A stretch of 64,000 nucleotides of DNA from Lingula anatina (taxonomy: Eukaryota; Animalia; Brachiopoda), in assembly GCA_051362555.1 (NCBI GenBank), contig CM120644.1:12732567-12796566 (forward strand). The letters are read 5' to 3'. The notes below the pieces were generated by a model. It was not told the DNA's origin. It worked only from the letters and a program-made list of their open reading frames with translations, and did not search any database. The translations under genes and the position numbers were made by a program. Shown in pieces: positions 61,401 through 64,000 of the stretch (its first letter is position 1; each line of letters opens with the position of its first letter).

Positions 61401-64000
61401 GTGGTCTTCCTAAGACAAATACATGATGGTCCAAAAAGATATATCCATTTTATTATCCTATCATTCAAAAAAAAAAAAAAAAAAAATTAAGAGGTGGACA
61501 TGTATACTGTTATTCATCAGTAGGAGCAACACCACAAGGGCTTAGATTGAACACATGATTAACTATAGGTAAGTGATCACAAAATGGAGGAAAAAATATA
61601 CCACATAAAATTTACATGTCTGTAAGACATATCAATGAAAAAATCGTTAAGTTTTCCTTTAAACAGAAAATGCTACTTTATCAAAAAAAAATGGAAACAA
61701 ATTTTGGACCACCTTGTACCATAAAATCGTAAGTGTCATAGGGTAAGAATTCCGATGTACTTGTAATTTTACAGGGTTTACAATTGGACAAGATTTTGAT
61801 AGCACATAAACAGTCTGAAACTTAACAATCTTGAGTAAGTAACTTTTTCTCAATTAATAGAACCAATACACAATTTGTCTTGGGAAATGTTGTTAAATAC
61901 ATAAATTGGATTACAAACACACTGCTGTTAATTACACGGCAGTTTTTGGCAAAGTTATGTACAGGGTAAGCCTATACCATCGCTATACCAAAATATTGAC
62001 TACATTGTTATAATGATTAAGTACATCACTGTGGCAACGAAGAATTGTCGCATTTACAAATTAAAAGAGCAATACCCCTCTTTTATTGACGGCAATATGC
62101 ATCGAAGCACAACATTCCGTGAGACTCGCAATGCGAATAGCATGAAAGACATAATGTATGAAAAAAGCAATGGCAATTTAAGAACATTGTAAATTGGAAA
62201 ACATCATAAAAACAAAGGGGTCACGTCCTATGAATCCGGGTTTTCTTGTATAAGACATGCTCAGACACGACAAAATGTGATTTTAGTTCGAGTGCACCCG
62301 AGCACGACGGACTGAGATAGCATCGTTAATATTGGAATTGGATTTGCTTTAATTACGCCAAACAGAGACCCTTATCTAGCATAGTACCTGCCAAGCAAGG
62401 ATGGAAAACACATTATAAGAATACAATACGATTATAGATTCACTAGAGCCAAAGAGCTACGTGTTTGCTGATTATAAGAGATTACATAAGCATCGTTATA
62501 AGAAATTAAACCTCAATGTTCTTTGAATATTTATACCAATTTGAACTAACATTCATTTTGTATTCCCAACCCAGTATGGCCTTTACCTGAGTCCAGTTCT
62601 ATCAAAGTATTGTCATACCTGAAAACTCACATGTGACGGAGAATGAAAATGGAGAGAATCGACATTTTACTTTCACCAATTTCTTTTTAACAGAGACTAT
62701 TCAGGGACATTATTAATTAAGTTTGACAATATCCGGCTCTTTAATACTGATCAAATTGATTTATTTTCCTTGCAGGAAAAAATGTTACCTATTTCAGACA
62801 ACAGAGAGTAGGGGCATCTTTGACGCCACTAGAGTTTTAATTTATACGAATGAGTTGCTTGTTGATGTGCCACAAGGTACCAACCAATAGTTCTAAGAGG
62901 ATTACCATAGCGACGAAAAAAACCAATTCCTGTTAAGAGGTCATTTTAACCCTGCCCCTCCCACCGTTACCAGAATTATAGTTTAGCGAATTTGGAAAAA
63001 GTTGATTAGAAGATCTGACCTTGAGCTATAACTACAACAATTAAGTAACTTAACTGTTACTGCCATGTCGAATTTTGGTCTAGTACTTGCCTGCTTTTTC
63101 AAGTCATATTCTTAATAGTTTAACTAGCTATATTACATAGAGCAAACAAATGTGTTTCTTTTTAACATTATAGATATAGACACGTGTCATTTGTAAAACA
63201 CTTTTGATAAAATGTTATCAAAAAACACAAAACTTACCGTTTCGAGGTTTTAAATAACTTTCATGCCTGTTGGTGCTGTCGGTATAATTCGGCAGTCCAA
63301 CGTACTCTTTCGGTCTGTTGTCTTGCTAATGCTTTTCAAAATGTGCAAGGCACGGATACTTTAGAACTTGAATCATGTCCTTAATTCTAATTCCGTTTAT
63401 ACTTATGGGGTCAATTGATCTTTTCTAGGGTCAAGCTGTTTGACACGTATCTGCTACATTCGCGAACACAGTGACTGAGTATCTCAACAGAAAGAACCAT
63501 ATGTTTAAACGTCTCTTGATTCAAATGTGTCTATACATTTGTCTGAGAACCCATCCCAATTGCTTCTGAATTAGTCTGTAGGTGTGCCAAATAAGGTCAG
63601 GAATCGTGCGCTCCACTTTATATATATTGATGTACTTTTCTATTGTCATGGAAACCCGCGAGATACCATACAGCAGAACCAGTCAGAAACCGATCTAATA
63701 AAAACAATGCATTTGAATCCGAGCATTATTGGTCTTTTCTTTCGCGGTTCTGACATTTATACTTTCAAAATGAAATAACTTACCTGATGATCCATTGTGC
63801 AGATTGCTTTCCAAAGCTTTTAAAGCAGTCAACTATACCTCGAAGCGTCCTTTTTGCCTCTTCAGTCGTTGCTCCATCAAATACGTCACTCTCACTTTAA
63901 TCGCAATAAAACTCTACAAGTGTTCTGGATTAGAAATTAATCATTCTGCCATCAGGTTCTCGTTCAAGGTTTTTTGGTGTGTCATGCTTGGACATCGTTT

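Overview
AT-rich, intron-containing animal DNA. It looks like an invertebrate, possibly a mollusc or other lophotrochozoan, but that is an impression from repeats and the receptor, not a database result. One complete protein-coding gene can be assembled by hand: a 10-coding-exon class B1 (secretin-family) GPCR of the CRF/DH44/egg-laying-hormone receptor group on the minus strand (CDS 27346->2541, 513 aa, all introns GT-AG and phase-consistent). The receptor has three oddities: the near-invariant ectodomain Asp is Asn (CNSTWN), an RRHR furin-type site follows the signal peptide, and two introns usual in this family are missing from TM5-TM7. The upstream ~36 kb has no convincing host CDS. It holds a three-layer nested transposon (Harbinger-like palindromic MITE > decayed Tc1 DD34E element > foldback element), several MITE families, and several degenerate minimal hammerhead-ribozyme motifs of the Penelope type. 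Two of these sit at the tip of long inverted repeats and carry complementary core defects. Nearly all ORFs in the supplied track are spurious.
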